Assembly (NCBI GenBank): GCA_010909165.1
Contig: MU008159.1
Coordinates: 1,984,001 to 2,048,000, forward strand
Direction: 5' to 3'
Length of the DNA stretch: 64,000 nucleotides
Source of the DNA: Anthoceros angustus
Lineage: Eukaryota > Plantae > Anthocerotophyta
In this document: positions 25,481-37,995 of the stretch, in pieces
How the letters are laid out: each line of letters starts with the position of its first letter
Numbering within the stretch: the first letter of the stretch is position 1
The notes under the pieces: model-generated
Told to the model about the DNA's origin: nothing
The model's database searches: none
Seen by the model: the letters and a program-made list of their open reading frames with translations, nothing else
Made by a program: the position numbers and the translations under genes

Positions 25481-26707
25481 TATTATGCTCACAGGCACGA
25501 TGCACGACTAATTCTTTCTTATTTCACTGCATTCTTTTGATAGCGTGTATCCATTGCCCTCCAATGATCACTCGCGGTGGCGATCCTTCATAAGACAACG
25601 ATAACATATTATGCATGATTCCTCTTCTTCTTCTATAGTATGTATGTATTTTATTCTTCCTGAATATGACATTGTCCGTGTAGTAGATTTTTTTTTTTAA
25701 TTTGGTATTTTGAAAATAAATCAAAACAACCCCGGGGGAGAAATCTTCAGCAAGGGTTCTGATTCCCCTATGTTACACATCGTATCATCCCAACAGGCGT
25801 GTAGTAGATGACTATAGGTATGGAGCTTAGTTGCTTCTTTTAACCGCAAGCCTTCGAGTCTTCTTTTGTTGTCCTCCGTTGGATGGGCTCTCCCCATCAT
25901 CTTCCCCCCTCAACAAAAATTGCTTTAAGGAAAAAAAAAGCAATAAAACATAATACTAGCAAAACTGCAAAGCTGAGGCATTTGTCGCACAGTAATATAA
26001 GTATGCTATAGACAATTTATAACCACCACAATTGACTTGCCCCACAAATAACTCAAATTTGCTAGCGTTAGCCTTGCATAAACCATTTGGCACAGCGAAG
26101 GGATATTAGCATGGAGCGGGGTGTGATTGGAAAATTAATGAAATTCAATTGAATATAGGCAAGAGAGAAAAGTCTCCTTTTTAAGATTGAAGATTATTAT
26201 ATTGTGTAATAATCAACCTTTTATGACTACTATTTACTATATTCTGTACTTATCTCTTTTTACGGCTCGATTCTACTGTAATGTGTAACAAGGTTCTTTT
26301 TTCTCAATTTTACTATATTATTTAATAATCTCCTTTTTATGACTGAAATTTACCATAATTGTGTGATTATCTCTTTTTTATTGTTGAAAAAATCTCATAT
26401 GGTTTTCATTGCCATAATTACGTATTAATGATCTTTTTGGTCTCTCCTACAATTGTTTTTACTCATATAGTTGTAAAAGTCGTACTTTTCTTTGTCAGGG
26501 GCATGCATGCTAGTTGTGACTTCACAGCTAAATAATCTAAGCTGTAGCTTGTTCACCGTTGTGCACTTAAGAAGCCATCATCAAAGAGCAAATGGCTTCC
26601 CGAAAATGTAACAAAATGGTTGAGGGAAAACTTAAATTTCAATTCGAGGATTTTTCAGGTATACTATGGGCTATGGAAAGCAGGTTTGGTGGATCGTCAT
26701 ATGCACA

Positions 26708-26845
26708 TCAAAAAAATGGGTTACGCGTTGGGCGCATGTTGTTAGTAGGATTATATTATGTCATGGACTTTAATTCGTCAAAAAAATGGGTTACACGTTG
26801 GGCGCATGTTGTTCGTAGGATTATATTATGTCATGGACTTTAATT
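26708..26845. repeat. 70-bp direct tandem duplication
   Basis: TCAAAAAAATGGGTTAC(G/A)CGTTGGGCGCATGTTGTT..TAGGATTATATTATGTCATGGACTTTAATT occurs twice (26708, 26778). Confidence 0.9.
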
Positions 26846-27323
26846 TGTCTGCTCGATCACGAAGGTCCGAAGCCATGAAGGGCATCAGTTTCCAAGTTTT
26901 ATTCCAAATGGACAATGATTTTGTAAGAGCATTTACGTTTGCGGTTCCAGTTTTAGATGCTATCGAACACGTATCGCCATTATTAAGCATCCTGTACTTA
27001 GATCGATACTTAGATGAGATGTCTAAAGGGAGTGGATGCCCTTGGTGAAGTAGCTTGGGCACACCATGGTACAAGTTGTTAAGACCAAGTCCCATTACAG
27101 GACTATAATATATTCTTCTTCTTCTATGCTATTTGTTGAGAGCACCCAATCATTTTTGAGGAGCACTGTAAGATTAAGTTCCCTCAATATGTCAAAATAG
27201 AACATGGAATGCAAATTGCAGTGGATTGATGACCTGCACACACCCACAGCGTCTCCAGGGCCACCTCACACAAATGGGCACGGCCTGATATTGAGCCCGA
27301 TTGCACGACAAAAGCGGACTCAC

Positions 27324-27552
27324 CTTGCAACCAGAACCTCATTGGTCTGCAGCCCGTAGATATCGGCCGGGTCGAGTGATGTGACACCGGACTTCACCGC
27401 GTGGTGATTCGTGAATGAGCTCGATCTTGTCCGCCTCGGGCTCCGGCAGCCCGTGAAAGGCCAACATTCGCGTGCATCCCAATCCCTGCTTCGAGACTAC
27501 CAAGTTCCAGCCCCTGCGATCCCAGCGTCATCCGATGCACATCGAGTGTCGC
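27324..27552 (-). pseudogene. Aldo-keto reductase (plant AKR13/PCNT115-like) exon-1 remnant
   Basis: With two frameshifts it reads VHRMTLGSQGLE/VVSKQGLGCTRMLAFHGLPEPEADKIELI/HHAVKSGVTSLDPADIYGLQTNEVLVA. This parallels the family N-terminus (RRxKLGSQGLEVSxQGLGCM..HHAIxSGVTxLDTSDIYGPxTNEVL). It ends at an AAG|GTGAGT donor. No start codon at the expected place and no exon 2 were found. Confidence 0.85.
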
Positions 27553-27791
27553 CTGTGAGTGTGCCTGTCTTGCCTCCAATGTGGTGCTTTGGTCTTTATT
27601 GCAAGCCAAGAAGTCAATGTGGAACTTGAAGCGAAGGGCAATTAAGAAGATGCATTCCGACCAAGGCAAGCTGCTGCTCTACAGAGCAGCAGCTTTCCAG
27701 ATCCCTTCCAGCGCTCCTGCCAGAGTTCAACTTCAAACCGCTGCACTTGATACTCATGGTCTATGAGAAGATCTTGGGCTTGATCAAGAAA

Positions 27792-29478
27792 TCACGAAAA
27801 GAGAGCATTGAGAACGGACGCGAGCCTGACGCCCCCCTGAGCAAGTCGCTTGTTCACAATGGGTAACCGGGAGTAGTAATACTCGTCTGGTGCCCATGCA
27901 TCTTGTTAGCGTCCATTTGTGGCTCACTGACCTTAAAAGCTGACAGCAAAAGAGGAGGGGTGGTCACTCGCAAAAATACCTTGCAAGATGGAGCCTGGGG
28001 TGGCGTTTCTGTAGGCATATTTGCAAGCCAGCGAAATGCTCTCGGAGGCGTATCTGTACGAAACAACACTAGTCACAACTTACATCCATCCGCCTCATGA
28101 AGATCACCCACAATGACGCAGGGCTGAAAATGGCAGCATGGCTTACATATCTGGGCATGCGAGGCTATCTCCTTCGCAGTGAGACCAGTTAACGACATCA
28201 TCCCTCCAGTCCCCCTTCACATTGCACAATCAAGGCAGAGGTTGTTGGTGAGCACAAAACGCTTGCCCCACCGTGCCTGCACAGAATCTCATGTTGTGTT
28301 TTTACAGTGATGTTTTGGTGGAGAGCCTCAGCCATTTGCAAGATGTCTGCACTGTAGTATTGTGTCTTGATACTGTTGATGATCTCAGAATCCCAAATCT
28401 GCGAAGGGAGCGAAGAGCCATCAGGAACAACCTCACACAGGCCAACAAAACATCCTGTAGGCATTTTCAGTGCATAGACAGGGGGGAGTTACATGATGCA
28501 AATTGTACTGGCGTGTATACCAGTGAACGATTATTGAATTGCCTCCCGCATCTGAAGTGAACCCGACATGCAATGGCTGCAAGAAGGAGGCTTCTGTTTG
28601 AGTAACTTCTGGCAGCACCCGGCTTCCCTTCACCACTTCACTGGCAAGATGGAGAACCATAGCTCTCAGGACCAACACCAGTAGAGTCCTTTGTCAGCTC
28701 ACCTGATGAATGTCACCCATGTAGTGCGCTAAAAAGAGCAAAGCTTCAGTGAGATTGTCTGCAACAGAAGACCAAAAAGAAAAACTGTAAGGCTATGAAA
28801 CTACGTGGGACTGGAGCAGCTGTCAATCATGGACTCAACAAAGACATACACTGCGTTGATTCAACTTCTTGGATACTGCGAAAGGAGCCAATAGACCTCG
28901 ACAACGGTGGTGCATAACTCGTCAGCTGTGTAGTGTAGTTGTTGATAGCACCAGCTACACAAGCGTCGTGCACCCCATTTTCATTATGGCAGTCCCCTGC
29001 AAAGAAACACAAGGAGAGAATCAGAAACTCAACAGACAAGAACAGGGAATTAAGGACCACCAACATTTGCCAAAAGATGAGACATGTCGCGATGTGGTAC
29101 CACGTACGTCCATATTTATAGTTACAGAGAAAGTCAGGGGTGTCAATGTAGTGCAGAGGAGAAGTCCATTGGTACTTCCATTGCCACTTGATGTCATCCG
29201 GCCACGTGCAAAGACTCGTTAGACTGCCTTGAGCATACTCCGGCAGCAACGATATCACTGTCTTGAGGGCAGATGCTGAGAGCAGAGACTGCAGGAAAAA
29301 AGCTGGGTCAAATTAAAGAATGCTTTCAACAACACTTGAAATCAGAACCAGGCGGGGTGATCACCTCTGCAAGCAAACACGTTATGTGGTGTCCGTCTGC
29401 ACCCCATGCCCGCGAGGCTGGAGCATGAAGAAGCAGCAGGAGACACGCGACAATGGAAGGCACCAAGAACCCTGTCAT
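27792..29478 (-). CDS. ENDO: S1/P1 nuclease (ENDO/BFN1 family), secreted, multi-exon
   Basis: Signal peptide then WGADGHHITC, followed by LCTWPDDIK..WTSPLHYIDTPD, CVAGAINNYT, NLTEALLFLAHYMGDIHQ|PLHVGF..DAGGN, NLHH|IWDSEII, YASESISLACKYAY and YYYSRLPIV..RLAQGGVRLA. All introns are GT-AG; ATG is at 29478 and the stop at 27792-27794. Confidence 0.96.
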
Positions 29479-31219
29479 GCTCGTGATTGGTCCACTAGCT
29501 TTGGAAGTTGCTGCGTTCAACCCAAGGCACTGGCTTCACGGAGGAATAATTCAACATAGATGGGAGTTGGAGGACTGCTGCCAAGGCATCGCATCACGGG
29601 GAAAAGCGAATCATTTTGGGACAGGAGTTTGTCTACAATTGGAGAGTTTTTGTGTTCGTAATGCGTGGAAAGGTGATGTGTTATGGTGTTTAGAATTCTT
29701 AGCAATTTTCAGCCGCTGGATGGCGGGACAGGACAGCAGTGCGAGTCTGCTTGCTTAGGGTTATCTCGTGACTCGCGAGGAACGTGTAGCGAGTGATGGC
29801 ATGTTGGAGCGATAAGGAGGCGGCAAAACGGTTGAGAGGGTGCACAATGCGGCGGGGTATATCCCGGCTGTCACTTCCTAGGGTTGTGGAACTACAGGCA
29901 ATCTGCTGGAGTTGATGCAGAGCTGTCATAGTCATGCACACCACCGACTGTGTGTGAGAACAACAGTGTCCAAGATGCGCTGCGGTTGAAGTGCGGTCGA
30001 CGAAGGATGAAGCTCTTGTGGAGCAGCGACATCAAGCGCTGTGACTCCAGGGCAGCAGAGGATATTCCAGTACTGTTTTCCAAAGCCAAAACTGCATTGC
30101 CAGCTTCCCTGTGCGAACTTTCAGAGATGGCTTTACAACGATCCACATCGCAATCACGCCATCACAGAATGAGGACAAGGAGAAGACCGCAGTAATTCAC
30201 CAAGAACCAGGAAATTTGAACTTTAGTAGAGCCCATTGAACCCTGCACTAAGGCAATTACATGGACATCGACACCGAATCTTGTCTCTCAGAAAGAAATA
30301 AGACAAAACCTTTATCAGAAACAGAACAAACCACTGTGGATAGGTACTCCTTTCAGAGCGGACGAGACAAGAAACGCGCAGAAGGTACTGACATTTCCTT
30401 TGTGCAGGCTATCCTGAAAGTAGTAAAACAACCTGACCATGCTTTTTGATACCTGCTCTGGAATAATATCCAACACAGCTGCCCCGGACGATCATCGTGC
30501 GTTCCACTACGCAATCAGTTCAAGTTTCTGTTTTCATCAGCACTCCGGACCTCTTCGGCGTTCGGAATCTGTATCACGCCAACAAACATGAGTGCAATCC
30601 ATGCTTGTCAGCAACCTACATTGAATCTCCAACTCCCTATTCGGACGGATATAGTAGTCTACCTCCAAGCAGTAGGGTAGCAGAATCCTGCATAAATGTT
30701 GGAGAATTCCATTGTCTTGGTTTGTCCTTCGCCCTGGAATGTATAACAACCTGGCTCACTATCTCACTAGCGGGCAACGCATTGCTATATGCGACTCGTC
30801 CGCGACGTCATGTTCATGGTGGTTGGTTAAGGAGAGTGGGTTCTTTACAGGAACGCTCATATACCCTACTCAACCAAGTGTTTTTCGGCCATAAGGAGAG
30901 ACGATTTCACTTGCAGCTATGGTGTAACGGACCCTACCGGGACACCGTCTGCAAGCATTGCTATCCTCAACCTACTGGGTTGGGCGGCACAGAGATGTGC
31001 GATAACGAAGGTCTACAAGTACTCTCCCATGTAGGTCGGCCACAAGTACTTTCCCATGTAGGTCGGCCACACCTTTATCCTAAGAAACATGGGCCATGAG
31101 CAAGGATTTCTCCATATGCATTAAGGCCTATGCCAAAGGTGGCCTATGCCAAGGGTTACCATAATCGCAAGAATGGAACTGGTCTTCCCTTTTCTTCAGG
31201 CAATGAGTGTTCATCGCAA

Positions 31220-31550
31220 AGGGCGCTGGCCAACATAGTGTATAGGAGGGCAGCGAACACAGGGATGGTGCCTGAGATCCATGCAGAGGGTGCTAAACGC
31301 AGGGATGGTGTCTGAGATCCATGTAGAGGGTGCTGGCTAACGTAGTGTACAAGATGGCAGTGAGGGCAGGGATGGTGCCGAAAATCCTTGTAAAAGGTGC
31401 TGGCCAATGCATTGTACAAGACGATAGCCAGCTTAGGGATGGTGCCGAAGATCCTGCAGAAGGCGCTGGCCAACGCAGTATAGTGTACAGGACGACAGCG
31501 AGCGCACTATGTGGCATCTTCTGTACCATAGCAACGAGTGCAGGGATGTA
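31220..31550. repeat. 67-bp degenerate minisatellite with 40-bp partial units
   Basis: GGGATG core at 31262, 31302, 31369, 31436 and 31543 (spacings 40, 67, 67, 107). Confidence 0.85.
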
Positions 31551-33220
31551 GCATCTTCTGCACCTAAGGTAGGTAGTTACTTTCATGTAGAGCGATAGAT
31601 AATTTCTAGATGGGCGATCGCAGGGCTAATGCCCATGCCCACCAGGCCTCCTATGGGTTGTTCCGCTTTGTCTCGGGGCAAATGGGATTTCTCATCTCTT
31701 TTAAAAATTTCTCCAATAAAGTCTCCATGTTTCATTTATAACAACATGTCTTTGGATTGTGAACATCAACACTCAAAGCAGCATTTCTTCACTTCTTCTG
31801 CCTCTCCACGATGCAAACGAAACCTATTTGGTTCTACCTCCCCTTTCGATAGGCCCATGTCCAAACAAGCTTAGGCCAATGTCCAAACAACCGTTTTTGG
31901 CAACCGTTTTTGGTTCATGGTTTGCCTCCTACGCTCATTTTTCCAAGTCCCTAGAATCGGTACTCGTATACCCAATCATGGATGGATGTATCTAACCGGC
32001 TTCTAATCGATTCCATGGTGTATAGTGCGGGGCAGCCTTAAACCATGGGGGGTCTTCTGCCTGACATGTCAATTCCATTGATGGAAGTGTGTTGAGTACG
32101 ACGTGCACAGGCAGAATTTGCTCTGCACTAGGCTATTTCAACCATGTTGTTTCCCTGACTCATGAGAGGAGATAGGATGCTCAATGAGGCTGTGTACATA
32201 CAGTCTCCCCGCTTCCCCACCCCTTTCATGCTGCTCGGCAGTACCACGTTGTGCGCGGATTGAAGCCAGTTTGCGAGCAGACGGCCAAAGCAAGGAATCA
32301 AGGCCGTGCCAGCCCACTGCCAGTCCCCGATATGTAGCATCCGCGCATGCCAGAAGCTCCGTCAGCGAATCGAAACAATCTCGCCATGTTGTCCGGAGGA
32401 CCGTGGCACGTGCTTAGGTTTTTTAAATGCCTCCTGACGTATTTCACGATTCCAACGCTGTTGGGAGTCCGGAGTTTGAATCAAGTGCCGCCAATTGGTA
32501 TCTGCGTTGAAAAGCAGAAAAAGGAACTGGTGGACGGCCATCTTCCAAGCTTATACCACCACCCAGACTTTAGCTTTAAACAGCTGCAACTTTATATAAG
32601 TGACTGATGCTGCAGCCATTGACAGCTTCAAAATTGCACGACTTCACAGCAGCAACAGCTGACGTACACTGACGGGAGGCGTGAACTACACAAACTGGTC
32701 TACCAGCTTGAACAATACCTACACCTCCCAAGGACAACCTAACCTTGTTGCCTAAAAAATCAGTCACCTTGCAGGTCCCCTACAACGCTGAACAATTGAA
32801 AGGTGGTCCTATATGGGTGTCTCGTCCCCAATCACGAGGCAGCAGCTTTGCTGATTAGTTTGGAGCCAGCCATCTGAACCATCAGTAATGCACTCAGGTT
32901 GCAATTAATAATCTGGACTTCAAGTATAGTCTCTGATGATAGCGTTCGGTACCTAGAGTCAATTCAGACATATGATACAGGTGGAACATCACATTCCCCG
33001 GTGGCAGTTAGCAGACACAACTTTGCCAAAAGAGATTCTGTCGGCTGCATTTGAAGAGCAGCTGTAATCTCCATCGGCCTACATCCCGACCTCCGATGGA
33101 GAGCTCACAGGAACCCCCACTGGAAGGAGTAGGGAAAAAGGGGTGCCTACTCGTACAGCAAATCAACACAAAAAGAGGCCTTGTGGAACCATGAAAGCAT
33201 ACATACGATCAGCACACACA

Positions 33221-35130
33221 CTAGAAGAAATCGAAGTCCAAGTACGAGCCTGATGAGTTGGCATCCAATTCAGGAGGTGGCGGAGTTGGAGTTGGCTTTT
33301 TCTCACTTGCTGGCGTGGAAGGAGGAGCTTTGCTTCCCAGCAGCTCTGGCTCAAACGGCTTGGGGACATCTGGGGGCGATGCACATCTGATCAACGCCCA
33401 ATTGACCCCTTCAAAGAAAGGATGTTGCTTGATTTCACCAGCTCCCCTCTTGTATGCTAATCTGTGCTGTGGCTCCTTCACCAGCAAACCCCTGATCAAG
33501 TCCCTGGCAGCAAAACTGACACCAGATGACTCCGGAAACTTGAGGGGCTGCCCTACCACATTGAAGAGAGTGGCACGGTTCCCTGATCCCTTGAAAGGAG
33601 TCTTCCCATGCAGCAGCTCATATAGAAATATCCCAAAGGTCCACCAATCAACTGCGCTACCATGACCTTCACCCTTGATGATCTCCGGTGCCAGGTACTC
33701 ATGCGTACCCACAAACGACATAGAGCGGGCTCCAGTAGGCTCCGCTATAAGCTCTGGCAGAGGTGTCACTTGATTCCCCACTTCGAGTTTGGGTTTGGCC
33801 TTGGGCTTCTTTGTCTTCTTAGATCTTGAGGGAAAGAAGCGCGGGACAAAGCAGGTTGGTTGCACGCAAGTGGGTGTCACACAAACCGGTTGCACACAAG
33901 AGGGCTCAATGCAATTCGGCTGAGCACAATAAGCAGGAAGCCTCCTTGAGGGATCGAAGTCGGCAGACGCAGACTTGACGAGCGTAGGGCTCACGACACA
34001 CCTCAGTGACAGATCAAAGTCAGAAAGCATGATGTGCCCATCCTCCCTGACGAGGACATTCTCTGGCTTCAGATCCCTGTACACCACACCCATCATGTGG
34101 AGGTACTCCAGAGAAAGGAGGACTTCTGCGGCATAGAACCTAACACACCGAAGAAGGAGAGGTGAGTGACAGAGCACGGTCAAAGGCATGCATGATGCAC
34201 CCAAGCCCAAGCACTGCATACCAGTGAGCCGAAGAACCAAAAAGGAAAGTTGCAGTTGACTGGGATTTGGCAAACAAGAGACGGGAGAGAAGGCGAAACA
34301 TACCGAGCAGCCTGCTCAGAAAAGTGCTTCCCGGGTTGGCGTTGCCTGAGGGTGTGCAAATCCCCTCCAGTGCAGAACTCCATGACGAGACATGAAAACT
34401 TGGAGGTCTCGAAATGGGTGTACAGGGTGGGAAGAAAGGGGTGATCCAGAGCCTGCAAGATTTCCCTCTCCGTCTGCGCCCTGAGCAGCTTCTTCCGGCT
34501 GGCAAGCGAGCCCTTGTCCATGACCTTCATGGCGAAGTAGCTGTTACTGCCCCGCAGCTCGGCGAGGTAGACGCTGCCGATGTCCCCGCATCCGAGGCGC
34601 TTGAGCAACCTAAAGTGGCTGAGGCCGAGGTTGCCATCCCGCATCCGGATGGCCCGGATGGCCTCCCATCTGGAATCATTGGCCTTGTGCGGCTTGTTAT
34701 CCCGGCGGCTGAAGCTGGAGCAGCTGCTGTCGTTGGAGTCGCTGATGGCGCTGCTGTTACTGGCCCGGCTAATACTACTCTTGCGGCTCTCGCCTTCCCT
34801 GCCGCTCAGCTTGGCGCCCCCGTCGCTCGTCTTGGCCTCGCTGGATTTGAGGTCGCTCATGGTTCCATCACTGCTCTTCCCGCTGCTGAGGCTGTTCTTG
34901 ACGCTGCTGGTCCCTGTGGCGCTGCTGCTGCTCAGGCTGCTCTTGATGCTGATGTCTATGCTGCTAATTGTGCTGAAGCTGGAGTTGCCGTTGCTGCTGC
35001 TACCACCCCCGACACCGACCGCCTGATGCTGCTTGTGGTTATGGCTCCCGCTATCCCAAGCCGGGTCCGTGGCAGCACTCATATTCTGCCGGCCTCTACC
35101 GTCGTGCGGCGGCCTGTGTGGCGTGCTCAT
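33221..35130 (-). CDS. D6PK: AGCVIII kinase, AGC1 clade (D6PK-like); 2 exons (35130-34304, 34139-33221)
   Basis: Motifs [47 protein letters not shown] plus Cys-rich insertion, [28 protein letters not shown] and a C-terminal DFDFF hydrophobic motif. A 164-nt GT-AG intron sits at the AR|FY position. Confidence 0.95.
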
Positions 35131-35149
35131 CCTCCCCGTGCATCATCCG

Positions 35150-35205
35150 ATCAGCTCAGCTCAGCTCAGCTCAGCTCAGCTCAGTCTCAGCCTCAGCTCC
35201 AACCC
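35150..35205. repeat. (CAGCT)n microsatellite in the 5' region of the kinase
   Basis: TCAGC repeated about 6 times, then degenerate copies. Confidence 0.9.
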
Positions 35206-36790
35206 AGCGCGGTCAGCTCCGGTCAATGCCGCTCACTCCCAGCTCGCCTCTCCTCCGGTGCGAGCAGCCGAGCAAAGCGACGATGCCGGGGCGGGTGAAG
35301 GGAAGTGCGCGAAAAGGCCCGCCTGGCCTCGGAAAGCGGGGCGGAAGCAAGCTAAGCGAGCAAGAGACTGGGGGGAAGGAAGAAAGGAATGACGGAAGGA
35401 AGGAGAGAGGAAGAAGAGAAGGCGAGCTGCCCTACCGAGGCAGAGCAAGCGGAGCCATGGGGAGTTGGGGGCAGCGCAGGAGGCGCGGAGAGCAAAGCAA
35501 GGGCAGAGGCAGAGGCAGAGAGGCAGTGTGTGGGTGGGAGAGAGGAGGAGGCGGCTGGCCGCTGGGGGTCTGACAGCCTCGCCCGGCCCCAACGCCCCAA
35601 CAGCAACATCAACAGCAGTAGCAACAGCATGGCATGCACATCAGCCTGCTAATCTTTAGTGGGCGAACAGAGGAGCAAGTGCACGTCTATGCGCGTGCGG
35701 CCCACCAATGGCCCCATGAGATGCGCATCATGGGCATCATCTCCCACCGGGAAGGCACTCCATGTTGCATCTCTCAAGGGCCTGCCTGCGCCTGCTCAAG
35801 GCCAAGGACAGGGTCGACGTTGGGATGCATTAATTTAAGCAAAACCCGGTGGCGCCGGCATGATAAGAGGCACATAACCGTTCCCGGAGCTTTCATTGTT
35901 CCGTCCAGCCTGTGATTATCATCACCCGCTTCGGCTCTTGCTAATTCCGACGTTCATTCAAACTCGCCCGCGCAACTTCAAACCGGGGTTTTGTCCTGGG
36001 CCGTGGTGCTAATTCGCTGCTTTCCTTTGACCCCGTGATGACTCGCATCACCGCATGGGACAAGGCGGGCAACAGTCGGGAGTTGCAAAATTAGGCGGAT
36101 ATTTTGTGGGCAGCCGCGGAGTGCTCCGCAGGAAGCTTCAAGCGCAGCGCCTTAAAAGACGCGAGCAAATCAGAATGACCGGATTCGCGGCCAGGGAGAC
36201 GTGGAGTCGTGGCCCCATGCTGCCCATGTTCACCATGCCGCCTCATGTGTATATGCCCATGCACCCCATGCACCCCATGCATACATGCAACAAAGCGAAT
36301 GTTCCGTCTCCGATGCGGCTCCTGGGCCTTTTGTCGCTTACAAGTGAATAACATTGCTCTGCGATCCCCGACACCGAGCGCCACAGCCAAGCCTAGGGTT
36401 TATTAGTCCAGAGGACCTGCACCCACCGCCATTTGTGTGGATGCATTAGCATGAGCTGTACGCAGTGCCCTGCCCACCAACGCGGAGAACACAGCAGACC
36501 ACACCGCCCCTTCGTGTGACATGTGTGTACAAGCATGGCTACAAACATCCATATATGCACGGCCTGGCTTTGTGTACCGGTGTTGTCGACTTAGTGCGAC
36601 TTGACCTGTCTGTCCCCAACGCATCATGGCTCCAACTTCTAACTGCCACCTTGGCCTCATTTCAAATTTACACGCCGATTAGGTGGGCTCGTCGCGCCGC
36701 CCCGCGCCCCGGCGCGCCACACCGCAAACTACCGACGTAATTAAATTTTGTACATAACACAGAGGCCAGCATAAAGTTTCACAGTGGTGC

Positions 36791-36874
36791 TGCTAGCTGT
36801 GGGGTTTGAACCCACGCGTACTGCTGTACAGAAGATCTTAAGTCTTCCCCCTTAGACCACTCGGGCAAGCTAGC
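36791..36874 (-). tRNA. tRNA-Leu(UAA)
   Basis: Minus strand reads GCTAGCTTGCCCGAGTGGTCTAAGGGGGAAGACTTAAGATCTTCTGTACAGCAGTACGCGTGGGTTCAAACCCCACAGCTAGCA. It has a 7-bp acceptor stem, GAAGA/TCTTC anticodon stem with loop CTTAAGA, a variable arm and GTTCAAA in the T-loop. CAA motifs and an AT-rich tract lie upstream. Confidence 0.97.
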
Positions 36875-37995
36875 TCCGCAGTTGCAAATTTGAGTACCTC
36901 GTATGTATTTAAACCCTTTCAATAGGACATCGCTATTTAAAGAATGTGCTTTCCTGTCAGACTTGCCTCGTCGGGAGGCTCATCTGAATGGAGGAAATCC
37001 GTGGAGGGTCCAGACTGTGGAGGATTTGCCGGACGAGCAGCCCGTGACGGGCCGCCACATTGCGCGGGGGCCCGGCCTCCTCTGCTTACAGCTCCACCCC
37101 AATATTGGGGCTCCGTCAATGCATCACATGCTTCATGGGCCTATCGGCCACTGCCCGTGAACGCTCACACCTCGAACCTTTCCCCGCGAATCGTACAGTC
37201 TTTTGTCTAACGCCAGTCACCCGAGAAGGCGAGAAACGCTCATAATGTCACATAAGGGTTTGAGGGATACTAGGGATTCCATGTATGTATGCATGAAAGC
37301 GCAGCGGGCGAGTATCCGGAGTAGGTATATGCGTCTGTGCTGGTAGAGGGACGGGAAATTCGAATCAGGGATCACCACAACCCCTCTGCGCCCGGCGGCC
37401 GGCCCGGCCTGCCTGGCTGGGAAGGAGTCACCCAGTCTTTATTGTTGGAAGAATCGTTTTATGGACCAATACTCCCCACCTACTCTGCTACTTACATCCT
37501 GATCATCCGCAAGCATCTCTACCAGGTTCTGACCTCACCAAACTGGCTACCTATCATCGTCGCATGCCTCATCTGTCCGGTTCCCAGATATTGTACAAAA
37601 TACTAGCCTTCGCTCTCCGTGCAGCAATGTGATTTGTGTTGCTGTCAGAGCAGGCTTTCCGGCCTACACATACTCCTCATGTCCCTGCAGAGGGAGTAGC
37701 TCACGTGCCGAGCTAGAACCCGCTACGCACTCTGGTGAGTAGCACAGCGGAGCACCTCCTCAGAAGCTTTACTTGTTCCCAGGCTCTTCCCACCCATTGC
37801 CCTCAAGCAGAATATCGAATGACATTCCTCATCTGTCGAGGAGGCCTCTCTAAAAAGGCAGGCAGCTGACTCTTCAATTTGCAAAGCCCCTTCATGTGGC
37901 TAACCACGTGGTTTTCAAGGTGCACAAGACCTGCTACTGGAGCACTGAAGGATCTTCACAAAGGTTTCCCGCTCGAATTCGGTGCAACCTCGCAT

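Noticed and set aside
26826-27095. Minus ORF containing IASKTGTAN, like the PBP KTG motif
   Set aside because: Single short motif with no SxxK or SxN context in an 89-aa ORF within repeat debris; probably chance.
29892-30750. Apparent GT-AG exon/intron pattern upstream of ENDO
   Set aside because: Candidate exons have stops in all three phases; at most UTR or non-coding, and unsupported without RNA data.
31156-31586. LRR-like GTIP repeats on the minus strand
   Set aside because: The repeat period is 67 nt, so the frame changes every unit.
34414-35298. 294-aa plus-strand ORF
   Set aside because: Antisense shadow of the D6PK exon 1; no independent motif.
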